Below are positions 31,604-33,041 of a stretch of 33,041 nucleotides of DNA, piece after piece. The DNA is taken from assembly GCA_964592795.1 (NCBI GenBank), contig CAZQHA010000001.1, positions 1 to 33,041 on the forward strand, in the 5' to 3' direction. The position numbers and the translations under genes were made by a program. The DNA is from an uncultured Planctomycetaceae bacterium (GTDB taxonomy: Bacteria > Planctomycetota > UBA1135 > GCA-002686595). The notes under the pieces are model-generated. The model did not search any database, was not told where the DNA came from, and was given only the letters and a program-made list of their open reading frames with translations. How positions within the stretch are numbered: position 1 is the first letter of the stretch; the number at the start of each line of letters is the position of its first letter.

Positions 31604-33041
31604 ATGAACTCCCTACGACAGATTCCCTCCCGCGCGGCGCGCCTCACCATCGCGGCCGGCGTCCTCTGCACGCTCTCGCAAGCAACGCACGCGCAGGTCT
31701 TCTCGATCGACTTCCGCGGTCCGACCATCACGATGCCGGGCCCGCTGCCCATCACGGCGGGCGACCTCCTGTCGCCGGCGCCACCCGGGCCGGCGTTCGC
31801 GCCTCCCGCGCTCCCGGTTCCGGTCGTCGTGCGTCCGGCCGGATTCGCTCCATTCCCCGGGCTCGGCCTCGCAACGGCTCCCGGATGCATCGGCGCGCCC
31901 CCGGGCGCACCGTGCCCCGTCGAGGTCGACGCGATCTCGAACGGAATGGACTTCGTTCCGATCGGTGCGCCGGGCAGTCCGCTCGCCGGCACGTGGGTGT
32001 TCTCCGTCGACGAGTGGGCGGTCGGTCTCCCCGGAACACCGCTGCCGCCGAACGTGTTCAGCGAGTCGCCGTGCTTCGACGAGGCCGCGGACGTGTTCGA
32101 AGCGCTCAACATCCCCGGCGGTCCGATTCCGCCGTTCCCGCTGCCGCCCGCGCCGTTGATCCCCGGCAACAGCGGTCTCTACGACGGCAATGGATTCCCG
32201 AATCCCTGCGGCGGTCGCTATCCAGGGCTCGGATTGATCGAGCCCCGGCCCGCGTTCGCCGGCGCTGGTCCGCGCCCGGGGGACAACCTCGACGCGCTCG
32301 ACTTGGATCCGGTGTCTCCGCTCGGGACGTATTTCTCGCTCGACGCGGGGTTCGTCGATCCCTGCTACGCCGTGCCGAACATCGGATCGGCGGCGGCGAA
32401 CGGATTCCCGCCCGCGGCGGTCTTGTTCTCACCCGTCGGCGGTCCGCCGATGATGTGGTATCCGCCGCCGGTGCTCGGTCTGGACGTCGTCGGGGGTCCC
32501 ATGTCGGACGATCTCGACGCGCTCGTCCTGTTCGAGGACGGCATCCTGGGCCTGACGCCGGGCGACTACGTGCGGTTCTCCGTGCGCCGCGGTTCGGCGG
32601 TCATCGGGATTCCCGACTCGCTCTTCGGCGTGCCGATCGAGCCGGGCGACATCCTGATGCCGCCGGCGGTTCCCGGCATCCCGCCGGCGATCTTCATCCC
32701 GGCCGAGCGCCTCGGCCTCGCGACCGTGCGCACGGGTACGGCATTCGTGTGCGTCGGCGGTCCGACCGGTGACGAGCTCGATGCGCTCGACACGCGCATG
32801 GTTCCGGCGACCGGACTCGGCTACTGCTTCGGCGACGGCCTCGGCACGCCGTGCCCGTGCGGCAATAGCGGCGCGAACGGCAACGGCTGCGCGAACTCGA
32901 TCTTCCCCGCCGGCGCGAACCTCGCCGGCACGGGCAGCGCGAGCGTCTCGGCCGACACGGTCGTGATCACCGCGAGCAACATGTCGGGCGGGATCGTCGT
33001 GTTCTTCCAAGGGACCGGTCAGGCGTCCCTGCCCCTCGACG
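31604..33041 (+). CDS. Secreted Pro/Gly-rich repeat protein with C-terminal Cys motif (3' partial, runs off window). Not in the supplied ORF track.
   Basis: I translated frame 2 by hand from the ATG at 31604: 479 codons with no stop to the window edge. A GAGG Shine-Dalgarno precedes it. Signal peptide MNSLRQIPSRAARLTIAAGVLCTLSQATHA/QV. Motifs FS(I/V/L)D, GD(L/I)L and D-x-LDAL recur. The end reads GYCFGDGLGTPCPCGNSGANGNGCANS...VVFFQGTG. Confidence 0.75.
   Translation, partial: MNSLRQIPSRAARLTIAAGVLCTLSQATHAQVFSIDFRGPTITMPGPLPITAGDLLSPAPPGPAFAPPALPVPVVVRPAGFAPFPGLGLATAPGCIGAPPGAPCPVEVDAISNGMDFVPIGAPGSPLAGTWVFSVDEWAVGLPGTPLPPNVFSESPCFDEAADVFEALNIPGGPIPPFPLPPAPLIPGNSGLYDGNGFPNPCGGRYPGLGLIEPRPAFAGAGPRPGDNLDALDLDPVSPLGTYFSLDAGFVDPCYAVPNIGSAAANGFPPAAVLFSPVGGPPMMWYPPPVLGLDVVGGPMSDDLDALVLFEDGILGLTPGDYVRFSVRRGSAVIGIPDSLFGVPIEPGDILMPPAVPGIPPAIFIPAERLGLATVRTGTAFVCVGGPTGDELDALDTRMVPATGLGYCFGDGLGTPCPCGNSGANGNGCANSIFPAGANLAGTGSASVSADTVVITASNMSGGIVVFFQGTGQASLPLD

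Noticed and set aside
30328-32772. An 814-aa plus-strand ORF covering the 30271-31479 gene and part of the 31604 ORF
   Set aside because: Its composition is Arg-rich and low in complexity. It crosses the divergent intergenic region between two genes that have good signal peptides and start contexts in other frames.
1-33041. Search for tRNA/rRNA genes, CRISPR arrays, IS elements, integrases and long direct or inverted repeats
   Set aside because: No intergenic space exceeds ~190 bp and none shows tRNA-like arms. I saw no spaced direct-repeat array and no transposase- or recombinase-like ORF in any frame. By-eye inspection cannot exclude small ncRNAs.

Overview
High-GC bacterial chromosomal segment. 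Hand counts of 60-nt lines give mostly 68-80% G+C. I support about 24 protein-coding genes. I found no rRNA or tRNA genes, no CRISPR array, and no transposase or integrase. The left half (1 to ~15.8 kb) is housekeeping and envelope maintenance: hrpB (5' partial), an alpha/beta-hydrolase esterase, a 930-aa secreted protein, a rhomboid-TPR protease, idi, a UvrD-family helicase, an ohr gene interrupted by an in-frame TGA, an rlmN-like radical SAM gene, crcB, a thioredoxin-like/helical-repeat exported protein, a LysM L,D-transpeptidase and a small beta-barrel OMP. The right half (~15.8 to 33 kb) looks like an accessory cell-surface region. It holds an FG-GAP propeller protein with a Cys/Pro-rich C-terminal module. 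It also holds a single polypeptide that joins an ECF sigma factor to a TM helix and a ~750-aa repeat ectodomain, and a lower-GC LamG/FN3 protein. Further along are two GT-C-like polytopic membrane proteins interleaved with two alkaline-phosphatase-superfamily (sulfatase-fold) enzymes. The last gene is a signal-peptide-bearing Pro/Gly-rich ORF that runs off the 3' edge and is absent from the supplied ORF track. Many of the longest ORFs in the track (up to 1705 aa) are Arg/Ala/Pro-rich antisense or out-of-frame artefacts of the GC bias. The lineage cannot be fixed from sequence alone; the gene content is reminiscent of Planctomycetota or Myxococcota. I see no recognisable defence system or mobile element. 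The best candidates for something undescribed are the membrane-tethered ECF sigma fusion with its divergent low-GC neighbour, the GT-C/AlkP-fold envelope cluster, and the shared Cys-motif C-terminal module of two secreted proteins. All functional calls are by-eye motif recognition, not database searches.
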